Shown here: positions 6,173 through 14,637 of the stretch, one piece after another
Numbering within the stretch: the stretch's first letter is position 1
Layout of the letters: every line of letters begins with the position of its first letter
Notes under the pieces: generated by a model
What the model was told of the DNA's origin: nothing
Databases searched by the model: none
What the model saw: the letters and a program-made list of their open reading frames with translations, nothing else
From: Hadesarchaea archaeon
Lineage (GTDB): Archaea; Hadarchaeota; Hadarchaeia; Hadarchaeales; Hadarchaeaceae
Length of the DNA: 15,147 nt
Reading direction: 5' to 3'
NCBI GenBank assembly: GCA_030619825.1
Contig: JAUXAS010000016.1
Coordinates: 1 to 15,147 of the forward strand
Made by a program: the position numbers and the translations under genes

Positions 6173-8641
6173 TTATTCTGAAGAGTATGAGGGCGCAATA
6201 GTAACCCGCTTTAGTAGGTTGGCATTGCTCACCACGGATATCGAACTCGTCGCCATCGCCAGCTCCGCTATGACCGGATGAAGTAGCCCGAAGATCGCAA
6301 GGGGTATCACGGCGGTGTTGTAACCGAATGCCCAGAAGAGGTTCTGTTTAATCTTTCGGAACGTCGCCCGCGACAGCTTTATAGCGCTAACCACACTTGA
6401 GAGGTCACCCCGCACTAGGATGATGTCGCCAGCCTCGATTGCGATATCCGTGCCAGTACCGATTGCAATGCCAACGTTTGCTTGGGTAAGCGCAGGAGCA
6501 TCATTGATTCCATCACCCACCATCGCCACCATCCCGACCTCCCCCTGTAGATGCTTGATCTCCGCTACCTTTTGGTCAGGTAACACTTCTGCCAGCACGC
6601 GGTCGATGCCCACCTGTCGCGCGATGGCGTTGGCGGTGCGCGGGTTATCACCCGTAATCATGACGGTTTTGAGCCCCATTTTATGTAGCTCCTTAATCGC
6701 CTGCACAGAGTCCTCCTTCAGCGTGTCGGCCACCGCGCAGACCCCAGCGAGCTTCCTGCCCGAAGCGACGAGCACAGCGGTCTTGCCCTCATCTTCGAGG
6801 TGCTTCAGCTCATTCTCGAGTGGTGCGACGTTTATGCCAGCTTCTTTCAGGAAGAGACGATTTCCCACTAAGATTTGCTTTCCATTGATGGTGCCTCGAA
6901 TGCCCTTCCCTCGCACCGCTTTGAATCCCCTAAGCTTCGCGAGCTTGAGCTTCTTGGCATGTGCTCCCTCGACTATGGCCTTAGCGAGGGGGTGCTCGGA
7001 GCCTGCTTCAACGCTCGCTGCCAGCCCCAGGACCTCGCGCTGGGCGAAATCCCTCGTCGCAACGACGTCGGTCAGTGCTGGCTTTCCCTGGGTGATGGTG
7101 CCGGTTTTATCGAAGACTATCGTGTGCACGTCCTTGAGCGTCTGGATGGCCTCGCCCTTTCGGATGATGATGCCGTTCTCGGCGCCCAAGCCGCTCCCGA
7201 CCATCAGCGCGGTAGGTGTCGCCAGGCCAAGAGCGCAGGGACAGGCGATGACGAGTACGGCGACCGTGGCGAAGATTGCGAGGGTGAACACACCTAACGT
7301 TGGGTCGACCCAAGGTAGGAATGATTGTGCCCAGTTGGCGATGACCCCTATGAAACCCGGCACGACCATCCAGAGGATGAAAGTTGTCGTGGCGATGAGC
7401 AGCACAGCAGGCACGAAGTAGCTAGTGACCTTGTCCGCAAACTCTTGGATTGGAACCTTGGTCCCTTGGCACTCTTCGACCATTTTGATTACTTGCGAGA
7501 GGAAGGTGTCTTTTCCGACCTTCGTGGCCTTGATTTTGAGCAGGCCCTCTTGGTTTACCGTGGCCCCAATGGCCTCGCTCCCCTTCTTTTTACGAACAGG
7601 CATCGACTCACCCGTTGCCATCGACTCATCGACCGAGCTCTCTCCCTCGATTACTACTCCATCAGTTGGGATTTTCTCCCCGGGTCGAACGACCATCACA
7701 TCACCCACTTTCACCTCCTCGATCGGGACTTCCTTCTCCTTCCCCTTGACGAGAATACGGGCAGATTTGGCTTCAAGCATCAGGAGGCGCTTGATAGCCT
7801 GCGATGCCCGTCCCTTGGCCTTGGCCTCCACATACCTCCCGGTTAGGTGGAAGGACATGATCATCGCGGCGACTCCCGCGTAGTTCAGGATAGGAACTCC
7901 GAAGAAAATGGGTGGACCAGTGAGGAATGCTATCGAGGTTCCCATCATGATAAGGACATCCATGTTCGCGGTCTTGTGAGCAATAGATTTCACAGCAGAA
8001 CGAAGTGTCGACAAGCCGGCCCAAAACAGGACAGGCACAGCAAGCAGTATCAATCCGAGGTCGTATATCTCCCGACTCGGCCAGACCACGCCGAAGATCA
8101 TTTCGGCGATCATCCAGATGACGATGGGGATTGTGAAACCCCATCCCACGAACATGCGCACGCGAGCCTTCTGCATCTCCACCAGTGACTTGTCTACTTC
8201 CTCTTCCTCGCTCACGCCGTATCCCGCGTCCTGGACCGCCGTTCGGAGATCCATCAGCGTCGCGATTTTTGGGATATATTCGACCGTTGCCTTTTCGGTC
8301 GCCAAGTTGACGCTAGCACGCTTTACCCCCTTGAGGCTCGAAAGGGCTTTTTCGACCTTTGCAGCGCAGGCAGCGCATGTCATCCCCGTAATCTTCAAAC
8401 TGATTTCGCGCGTTCGTTCCTCCCCGATGCCGACAGGAGTGTAACCAGTCGCTCTGATTGTTTTTCCAAGTTGATCAAGATTCACTTTTGTCTCGTCGTA
8501 GTCGACCGTGGCCTTTTCGGTGGCAAAGTTAACGTTAGCATTGATTACCCCTTTCTGACCTTTGAGGGCTTTCTCGATACTTTGGGCGCAGCTCACACAG
8601 TGCATCCCGCTGATGCGGATGGTGGTCTTCTTTTTTGCCAT
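6173..8641 (-). CDS. copA: Cu(I)-translocating P1B-1 type ATPase
   Basis: Two HMA domains (GMHCVSC, GMTCAAC), [35 protein letters not shown] and MATSS transmembrane ligands. Confidence 0.97.
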   Translation of the reverse strand: MAKKKTTIRISGMHCVSCAQSIEKALKGQKGVINANVNFATEKATVDYDETKVNLDQLGKTIRATGYTPVGIGEERTREISLKITGMTCAACAAKVEKALSSLKGVKRASVNLATEKATVEYIPKIATLMDLRTAVQDAGYGVSEEEEVDKSLVEMQKARVRMFVGWGFTIPIVIWMIAEMIFGVVWPSREIYDLGLILLAVPVLFWAGLSTLRSAVKSIAHKTANMDVLIMMGTSIAFLTGPPIFFGVPILNYAGVAAMIMSFHLTGRYVEAKAKGRASQAIKRLLMLEAKSARILVKGKEKEVPIEEVKVGDVMVVRPGEKIPTDGVVIEGESSVDESMATGESMPVRKKKGSEAIGATVNQEGLLKIKATKVGKDTFLSQVIKMVEECQGTKVPIQEFADKVTSYFVPAVLLIATTTFILWMVVPGFIGVIANWAQSFLPWVDPTLGVFTLAIFATVAVLVIACPCALGLATPTALMVGSGLGAENGIIIRKGEAIQTLKDVHTIVFDKTGTITQGKPALTDVVATRDFAQREVLGLAASVEAGSEHPLAKAIVEGAHAKKLKLAKLRGFKAVRGKGIRGTINGKQILVGNRLFLKEAGINVAPLENELKHLEDEGKTAVLVASGRKLAGVCAVADTLKEDSVQAIKELHKMGLKTVMITGDNPRTANAIARQVGIDRVLAEVLPDQKVAEIKHLQGEVGMVAMVGDGINDAPALTQANVGIAIGTGTDIAIEAGDIILVRGDLSSVVSAIKLSRATFRKIKQNLFWAFGYNTAVIPLAIFGLLHPVIAELAMATSSISVVSNANLLKRVTIAPSYSSE

Positions 8642-8662
8642 GTTTACTAACTTTCTTTTTAC

Positions 8663-8680
8663 GATATATAATATTTAACA
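8663..8680. promoter_or_regulatory. AT-rich TATA region, probably the promoter of a leaderless copA transcript (possibly bidirectional)
   Basis: GATATATAATATTTAACA lies about 22-39 nt upstream of the copA ATG; copA has no evident RBS. Confidence 0.5.
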
Positions 8681-9000
8681 AATGGCACGGATCCGAGGCT
8701 GTTGCTGAACTCGTCAAGTTGGAAGGACCATCGATTGTTGTCGAGCTAAGCGGCCCATTTTGTAGGACTTGCGGCCTTTATGATTACTTCGACGACCTAA
8801 AGCTCGAGCTCGAAAAGGTGCTCGGAAAGCCGTTGGAGATTGCACAAGCCGATAGCGGCGGTGACGAGCGTTACGTGATTACCTACAAGATTGGGGGTGA
8901 GCATTTGAAATCAAGGGGTCACCGAGAAAAGCTGATTTTTAGCAGGCAGCCGGGGTCGAGCAAAACCGTCGCGCAAAAAATAAAAGGGGTTAATCGGTAA
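8674..9000 (+). CDS. Conserved archaeal hypothetical CxxC protein (NifU-C-like GPFCRTCG motif); start unclear, possibly 5'-truncated
   Basis: [46 protein letters not shown] looks like real protein. The only upstream start (TTG 8635) overlaps the copA start and runs through its promoter; the next in-frame start is TTG 8719. Confidence 0.6.
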   Translation, partial: FNKWHGSEAVAELVKLEGPSIVVELSGPFCRTCGLYDYFDDLKLELEKVLGKPLEIAQADSGGDERYVITYKIGGEHLKSRGHREKLIFSRQPGSSKTVAQKIKGVNR

Positions 9001-9019
9001 ATCAAATGGATGGATATAG

Positions 9020-9268
9020 ATGGCCCAACCTCAATCGAACGTAAAAATCTACACAACTCCTACGTGTCCCTACTGTGTAATGGCCAAGGCGTTTCTAAAG
9101 GAGCATGGAGTCCCATTCGTTGAAAAGAACGTTGGGGCAGATAGGGCCGCGGCAACTGAAATGATGGAGAAATCCGGCCAAATGGGCGTGCCGGTACTTG
9201 ATATCAACGGCGAGATAATCGTCGGCTTCGATCGAGATGCCATAAAAAAAGCGCTCAAACTGCCATAA
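9020..9268 (+). CDS. Glutaredoxin-like protein (NrdH/YruB type)
   Basis: VKIYTTPTCPYC, SGQMGVPV cis-Pro motif, IVGFD; 82 aa. Confidence 0.95.
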   Translation: MAQPQSNVKIYTTPTCPYCVMAKAFLKEHGVPFVEKNVGADRAAATEMMEKSGQMGVPVLDINGEIIVGFDRDAIKKALKLP

Positions 9269-9277
9269 GGGGCACCC

Positions 9278-9463
9278 ATGCTAGTAACGAAAATTCGCTG
9301 CCCGATGTGCGGACACGTGCAGGAGATAGAAGTGCCAGAAAATGCGTGCCTGCCGTTTTACAAGTGCAATGGATGTGGCGAATTGATTCAAACGCCTACC
9401 GACACTTGTTGTGTAATATGTGCATACTCAGAAACGAAGTGCCCCGCCTCAAGTTTGAGGTGA
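9278..9463 (+). CDS. Small Cys-rich metal-binding protein, GDCCVxC-family-like
   Basis: CPMCG...PENACLPFYKCNGCG...DTCCVICAYS..KCP has 9 Cys in 61 aa and matches the CPxCG/ACxxFYxCxxC/DCCVxCxY/CP pattern. Confidence 0.8.
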   Translation: MLVTKIRCPMCGHVQEIEVPENACLPFYKCNGCGELIQTPTDTCCVICAYSETKCPASSLR

Positions 9464-9467
9464 GGAA

Positions 9468-10382
9468 ATGTATGAGTTGATAATAGTTGGCGCGGGGCCA
9501 GCCGGGATAACGGCTTCGATCTATGCAGCCAGAAAGCGGATGAATTTCCTCGTGATAGCGAAGGACATCGGTGGGCAGGCAGCGCTCAGCTCTGATATCG
9601 AAAACTACACCGGTTATCAGTACATCACGGGACCCGAACTGACTAAGAAGTTCGAGCAACACATGCATGAATTTCAGATCGAGTTGAAGTACGAGGAGGT
9701 CATGGGGATCGAGAAGGCGGATGAAGGATTCAAAGTGAAAACTGATAAGGGCATCCATGAGTCAATGGCGCTGATCATCGCTTCCGGCGCGAAACCTAGG
9801 AAACTGAACGTGCCGGGTGAACAAGAGTTTAAGAACCGTGGCGTCACTTACTGCGCGACTTGCGATGCCCCGTTATTCCCCGATAAGGATGTGGTAGTTA
9901 TCGGTAGTGGCAACTCTGGACTCGATGCGACTTTGCAGCTCATGAAAATCGCGAACAAGATCTACTTGATCGAACGCGGGTCAAGGCTGACAGGTGACGA
10001 GGTGACGATGCGTGAAAAAGTCGAGCGCAGCGATAAGGTGACTGTTCTTACCAACACTAAGGTGCTCGAAATATCAGGCGACAAATTTGTCACAGGTGTA
10101 ACGGTGGAGCGGGAGGGGAAGCAGGAAATGCTCGGGGTGCAGGGAGTTTTCATCGAAGTAGGCTACATCCCAAACTCGGAGTTCGCGGCCGAAGTGGTTA
10201 AGCTGAACGAGCGAAAGGAGATCGTCGTTGATGACCGCTGCCGAACGAGCGTCGATGGAATCTTTGCCGCTGGCGATGTCACGGACGTGCCGCAAAAGCA
10301 GATCATCGTGGCTGCAGGGGAAGGGGCAAAAGCGGCCTTGTGTGCACACGAATATATGCAGAAGCAGAAGAAGCGCCCATAG
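9468..10382 (+). CDS. trxB: Thioredoxin/disulfide reductase (TrxB/AhpF C-terminal-like)
   Basis: GAGPAG, GGQ...IENYTG, GVTYCATCDAP, GSGNSG, GIFAAGD, KQIIVAAGEG; RBS GAGGTGA upstream. Confidence 0.93.
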   Translation: MYELIIVGAGPAGITASIYAARKRMNFLVIAKDIGGQAALSSDIENYTGYQYITGPELTKKFEQHMHEFQIELKYEEVMGIEKADEGFKVKTDKGIHESMALIIASGAKPRKLNVPGEQEFKNRGVTYCATCDAPLFPDKDVVVIGSGNSGLDATLQLMKIANKIYLIERGSRLTGDEVTMREKVERSDKVTVLTNTKVLEISGDKFVTGVTVEREGKQEMLGVQGVFIEVGYIPNSEFAAEVVKLNERKEIVVDDRCRTSVDGIFAAGDVTDVPQKQIIVAAGEGAKAALCAHEYMQKQKKRP

Positions 10383-10423
10383 GTTTTCACCCCCGGAGTT
10401 TAGGTTATAAGTGGGGAAACAAA

Positions 10424-11200
10424 ATGGGAAAAGTCGTTGTTATTACTGGTTCTGGGAGAGGGATAGGCAAAGCAACGGCATTAGCTTTTGCCAAAGAGGG
10501 ATACTCTGTGGTGACTAACGACAAGTACGCAAAGCCTGCAGAGGATGTTGCAAAAGAAATAATCGAGAAAGGGGGGACGGCCTATCCGATACGTGCCGAT
10601 ATATCTAATCCTGCTGAGGTAGATCAACTCATCACCGGTGCGGTTGAGAAGTTTGGCAGGATAGACGTTTTGGTCAATAATGCGGGAATACAAAATCCCA
10701 AAGAATTTCTAGAAATGTCGGTGGAGGAATGGAAATCGGTAATCGATGTCAACCTTACTGGCACGTTTCTCTGCAGTCAACGCGCAGCCAGATGCATGGC
10801 TAAGCAAGGAGGCGGATTGATAATAAATATTTCATCAGTCCATCAAGTCATCCCCCGACCACTATACGCCCATTATGCCGCCTCAAAGGGCGGAGTAAAT
10901 CTTTTGACTGAAACGATGGCGTTAGAACTCTCCGATAAGAACATCAGAGTAAACGCAATTGCACCCGGAGCGATAGAGACCGACATGAACAAAGACATTA
11001 TGGCGGATATCAAGAAAAAACGGGAGCTTCTGTCGATGATACCCATGCACAGGATGGGCAAACCCGAGGAGATCGCTGACATGGCCGTCTTTCTAGCTTC
11101 AGACAAGGCCAAATACGTCACTGGAGCTACTTTCTTCGTGGACGGCGGATTGACGCTATACCCAAGTTTTTGCATCCACTGTAAACAAGCAATGATTTGA
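10424..11200 (+). CDS. SDR-family oxidoreductase, glucose 1-dehydrogenase-like
   Basis: TGSGRGIG, LVNNAG, SSVHQVIPRPLYAHYAASKGG (Gdh-type YxxxK context), VDGGLTLYPSF. The true start is probably ATG 10424 rather than 10340. Confidence 0.85.
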   Translation: MGKVVVITGSGRGIGKATALAFAKEGYSVVTNDKYAKPAEDVAKEIIEKGGTAYPIRADISNPAEVDQLITGAVEKFGRIDVLVNNAGIQNPKEFLEMSVEEWKSVIDVNLTGTFLCSQRAARCMAKQGGGLIINISSVHQVIPRPLYAHYAASKGGVNLLTETMALELSDKNIRVNAIAPGAIETDMNKDIMADIKKKRELLSMIPMHRMGKPEEIADMAVFLASDKAKYVTGATFFVDGGLTLYPSFCIHCKQAMI

Positions 11201-11208
11201 GTGTTAGA

Positions 11209-12984
11209 ATGGCTTTAGATTATGGGATTATCGGGAATCGTCAGACCGCGGCGCTGATTTCCAGCAAGGGCAGCATAGACTGGTGTTGCTTTCCAAGGTT
11301 TGACTCGCCTTCTGTGTTTGCTAAATTATTGGATAACCAAAAAGGAGGATCCTTTGAAATAATACCGACAGGCCAATACGTAACTGAACAGACTTACGTT
11401 AAAAATACCAACGTGTTATCTACCTCGTTCAAATCCCAGCATGGCGAATTTGAGGTGTTAGATTTCTTTTCATGCCATGTTGGACAGCAAAGGGAGTTTG
11501 AGAGCTTCCAGGAAATACACCGGATAATTAAGGTGCGCAAAGGCAACCCGAAGGTCAAATTCAAATTCGATCCGAGATTTAATTATGCAAGGGACAAGCC
11601 CGATTTGTACGAGAAAAATGGCGCCATAGTTGCTGAAGGTGAAAAGGAAAAATTGTTTCTGAACACGGACTTGGCCCCAGAGGGCATAATTAAGAGAAAA
11701 GCGACAGGGCTTGAAGGAGAAGCATTTTTCATTTTATCTTACAATGATGTCTTCCATACTCGCTTGGCAGAGTCGAAAAAGTTGTTGAAACGGACGATTG
11801 ACTTTTGGCGTAGCATTATCAAGAGGACAAGTCTCCCAAGTAAGTATAAAGAGCACGTTATTAGATCCGTTCTCGTTTTAGAGCTGTTGAGGTATGAAAA
11901 ATCCGGAGCAATCATCGCCGCCGCCACCACTTCCCTTCCAGAAATAATCGGGGAGGGAAGGAATTGGGATTATAGATACTGTTGGCTCAGGGATGCCGCA
12001 CTCACTGTAGATGCGTTTACAAAAGTATGCCACTTTGATGAAGCTAGAAAGTTTATGAAGTGGTTGGTGAGGTGTTGCGAACAATTACAAACCGTGCGCG
12101 GTGTAGAAGGAGGAATGGAACTCCCAGAAAAAATACTGGGCCACCTTGATGGATATAGGAAATCTAGGCCCGTAAGGATAGGCAACGACGCTTACAAACA
12201 AATACAAAATGATGTATATGGTGAGGTCTTGGAAAGTATCTACAGGTTCTTTGTTGAATACAAATACATGCGAGAAATGACGCCTAAGCAGTGGACAAGT
12301 ATGGTTCAGTGGGTAAATGCAGCGGCCGAGTTGTGGAAGAAAAAGGATCACGGCATATGGGAGTTTAGGAAGAAGGAAGGCCACTATACATTTTCCAAGT
12401 TGTTGTGCTGGGTTGCTCTAGATAGGGGAGTAAAACTAGCCTTAAAACTCAGAGCTCCGGAGCAGGCAGCAAAGTGGAAAAAGATAGCGAAGGAGATAAG
12501 GGAGGACATTCTGCAAAACGGTTGGAACGAGAAGATAAAGTCGTTTACTCAAAAGTATGGCTCGGATGATTTAGATGCGAGCCTTCTTTTAATCCCCCAT
12601 TTCGGGTTTTTACCTCCAAAGCATCCAAAGGTTTTGTCAACTATGGATAAAATAGATGAAAAGCTTAGAGAAGAATGTTTTGTTTATCGGTACAAGGCTG
12701 AGGACGATTTCGGCAAACCCAAAAATGCATTTATTCCATGTACGCTGTGGTTTGTGGAAGCGATGTATCTTACGGGTAGAAAAAAGCGTGCGAGAAAAAT
12801 GTTTGAAGATTTATTAAATTATTCCAACCACCTAGGGTTGTTTTCAGAAGACATTGACCCCTCTACAAAGGAATTACTGGGCAACTTCCCTCAAGCATAT
12901 ACTCATTTAGCTTTGATCAACGATGCGATTATGCTAAGTGAAGGGGCCGTTAAAAAACCTCTGTGTGAAATAAGACTCGAATAA
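11209..12984 (+). CDS. Glycoside hydrolase family 15 (trehalase/glucoamylase-like)
   Basis: YGIIGN, GSIDWCCFPRFDSPSVF, AAATTSLPE, RNWDYRYCWLRD, GIWE, LFSEDID...LGNFPQAYTH. ATG at 11209; alternative TTG at 11197. Confidence 0.95.
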   Translation: MALDYGIIGNRQTAALISSKGSIDWCCFPRFDSPSVFAKLLDNQKGGSFEIIPTGQYVTEQTYVKNTNVLSTSFKSQHGEFEVLDFFSCHVGQQREFESFQEIHRIIKVRKGNPKVKFKFDPRFNYARDKPDLYEKNGAIVAEGEKEKLFLNTDLAPEGIIKRKATGLEGEAFFILSYNDVFHTRLAESKKLLKRTIDFWRSIIKRTSLPSKYKEHVIRSVLVLELLRYEKSGAIIAAATTSLPEIIGEGRNWDYRYCWLRDAALTVDAFTKVCHFDEARKFMKWLVRCCEQLQTVRGVEGGMELPEKILGHLDGYRKSRPVRIGNDAYKQIQNDVYGEVLESIYRFFVEYKYMREMTPKQWTSMVQWVNAAAELWKKKDHGIWEFRKKEGHYTFSKLLCWVALDRGVKLALKLRAPEQAAKWKKIAKEIREDILQNGWNEKIKSFTQKYGSDDLDASLLLIPHFGFLPPKHPKVLSTMDKIDEKLREECFVYRYKAEDDFGKPKNAFIPCTLWFVEAMYLTGRKKRARKMFEDLLNYSNHLGLFSEDIDPSTKELLGNFPQAYTHLALINDAIMLSEGAVKKPLCEIRLE

Positions 12985-13149
12985 AAAATAATTGTTGAAT
13001 TGATTGGGCCGGTCAATTATCATGCCTTTTCTTAACTTCTCGGGGTACCTCAGAACCCACCTCATTTTTAACACCCTTTCCAGCTGATTAAAGGCTAAAA
13101 TAAAGAGGTACCGGACCTTCCCTAGCAGGAATCATTGTATACAAAGAAG

Positions 13150-13167
13150 GGAAGTCACTTATATGAA
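13150..13167 (+). promoter_or_regulatory. Putative TATA promoter for the second trxB
   Basis: TTATATGAA at 13159-13167, about 30 nt before ATG 13195, with RBS AGGTGA at 13184-13189. Confidence 0.45.
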
Positions 13168-13194
13168 TAAAAACTCCATTTCAAGGTGAGAAAA

Positions 13195-14127
13195 ATGGCA
13201 CAATGGGATTTAATCGTCATCGGAGCGGGGCCAGCTGGACTCACCGCCAGTATATACGGTGTTAGAAGCGGACTCAAAACCCTAATCCTCGAGGAGAAAA
13301 TTCCTGGAGGGGCCGCTGCTGAATCCCCCCTGATTGAAAACTATCCAGGCTTTCTCTCCATCAGCGGTCATGAGTTGGTCAGCAAGATGGTGGAACATTG
13401 CAAAAAATTCGAGGTGCCGATTAACCAACTCGAGAAGGTCGTTGAACTGGACATCAGAGGTGAGAAAAAGGTGGTGAAAACCGAAAGAACCTCATACACG
13501 GCTTCCGCCATCATCATCGCTTCCGGCTGTCATCACCAGGAGCTCAGGGTGCCAGGCGAAAGCGAGTTTCGCGGCAGGAAGGTCAGTTATTGCGCGGTTT
13601 GCGATGGAGCTTTCTTCAAAGGTAAGAGGGTGATCGTTGTGGGCGGAGGAAATTCGGCAGCTGGTTCTGCTATATTCATATCGAACCTAGCGTCTGACGT
13701 TAAGTTGGCTCACCGAAAGGATCGACTGAGGGCGGAGGAAGCTCTCGCTAAAGATTTGCGGGAGCGAAAGGTGGAGATACTGTGGAACACGGAGCTCAAG
13801 GAAATTAAGGGCGACACCAAGGTTAAGAGCGTCCGCCTATTTGACAACAAAAATGGCGAGACCAAAGAAGTAAAAATCGACGGTGTATTCATCCAGGCGG
13901 GGGAAATCCCCAACAGCCAAATCGCAAAGGAAGCCGGAGTAAAGGTAGACAATAGCGGCTACATCATCGTGGACGAGCAACAGAGAACTAACGTCAGAGG
14001 CGTGTACGCCGCAGGTGACGTGACTGCAGGTCGCGTGAAACAGATTGGAGCGGCTGTTGGGCAAGCAATCGAGGCGGCTATCGATGCTTTTGGTTACATT
14101 AAGAAGCCCTATTACTACAAGGGCTGA
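13195..14127 (+). CDS. trxB: Thioredoxin reductase (NADPH-type)
   Basis: GAGPAG, IENYPG, VSYCAVCDG, GGGNSA, HRKDRLRA, GVYAAGD. ATG 13195 follows the RBS; the ORF-track GTG at 13186 lies inside the RBS. Confidence 0.94.
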   Translation: MAQWDLIVIGAGPAGLTASIYGVRSGLKTLILEEKIPGGAAAESPLIENYPGFLSISGHELVSKMVEHCKKFEVPINQLEKVVELDIRGEKKVVKTERTSYTASAIIIASGCHHQELRVPGESEFRGRKVSYCAVCDGAFFKGKRVIVVGGGNSAAGSAIFISNLASDVKLAHRKDRLRAEEALAKDLRERKVEILWNTELKEIKGDTKVKSVRLFDNKNGETKEVKIDGVFIQAGEIPNSQIAKEAGVKVDNSGYIIVDEQQRTNVRGVYAAGDVTAGRVKQIGAAVGQAIEAAIDAFGYIKKPYYYKG

Positions 14128-14148
14128 CCACACTCGTTTAACGGCAAA

Positions 14149-14562
14149 CTAGAGATGCTGCGTTATCTTCGGTTCTAATATCTTTTTTGGCATCGCCCCT
14201 ATGATCCGGTCTACGAGTTTCCCATTTTTGAACACCAACAGCGTGGGGATACTCATTATTTGGTGCTCCAAGGCGACCGATTTGTTCTCATCCACGTTCA
14301 GTTTCCCGAATGATATTCTTCCAGCGTACTCTCGCGCCAGCTCCTCTAAGATAGGAGCAACCATGTGGCATGGGGCACACCAAGGTGCCCAGCAGTCAAC
14401 CACTACTAGGGGATGGTTATGGATCATCTCTCTAAACTTCGTGTCGGTTAGCTCTATGGGTTTATTCGGGGCTGATTTCTCTTCCTTGGTTTCGCCGGCT
14501 TTTTTCATTAGTTCCCTCAATTTCTTTTCTCGTATCCTTTTGAGCTCTTCGTTCTGTTCCAT
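14149..14562 (-). CDS. trxA: Thioredoxin with a charged N-terminal helical extension
   Basis: VVDCWAPWCAPCHM, KLNVDEN, SIPTLLVFKNG, IIGAMP; N-terminus ELKRIREKKLRELM. Confidence 0.95.
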   Translation of the reverse strand: MEQNEELKRIREKKLRELMKKAGETKEEKSAPNKPIELTDTKFREMIHNHPLVVVDCWAPWCAPCHMVAPILEELAREYAGRISFGKLNVDENKSVALEHQIMSIPTLLVFKNGKLVDRIIGAMPKKILEPKITQHL

Positions 14563-14590
14563 AAGTACCCTAAACCATTCCGTTACGTCG

Positions 14591-14606
14591 CATTTTATAT
14601 TTTGTT
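14591..14606. promoter_or_regulatory. Candidate shared TATA element between the divergent trxA and aor genes
   Basis: CATTTTATATTTTGTT reads TTTTATAT on + and CAAAA-TATAAAA on -, about 31-38 nt from both start codons in a 75-bp gap. Confidence 0.5.
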
Positions 14607-14637
14607 AAGGCTCCAGAAGAACTCTGAGGTTGATGAC

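Noticed and set aside
6420..7421. 333-aa plus-strand ORF, and other ORFs at 6875-8444
   Set aside because: Antisense or off-frame shadows of copA; Ser/Ala/Thr-rich with no recognisable motifs.
9455..9470. TGA ending the GDCCVxC-like gene as a selenocysteine codon
   Set aside because: All expected Cys positions are TGC/TGT. The TGA lies after the domain and forms part of the GAGGTGA RBS of trxB.
10340..10423. 28-aa N-terminal extension of the SDR given in the ORF track
   Set aside because: It overlaps the trxB 3' end, and the Rossmann fold starts right after ATG 10424.
12998..13018. Inverted repeat AATTGA...TCAATT after GH15 as a terminator; short minus-strand ORFs in 12985-13180
   Set aside because: The stem is weak and AT-rich without an adjacent long T run, and the ORFs have no recognisable similarity. 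Not enough support.
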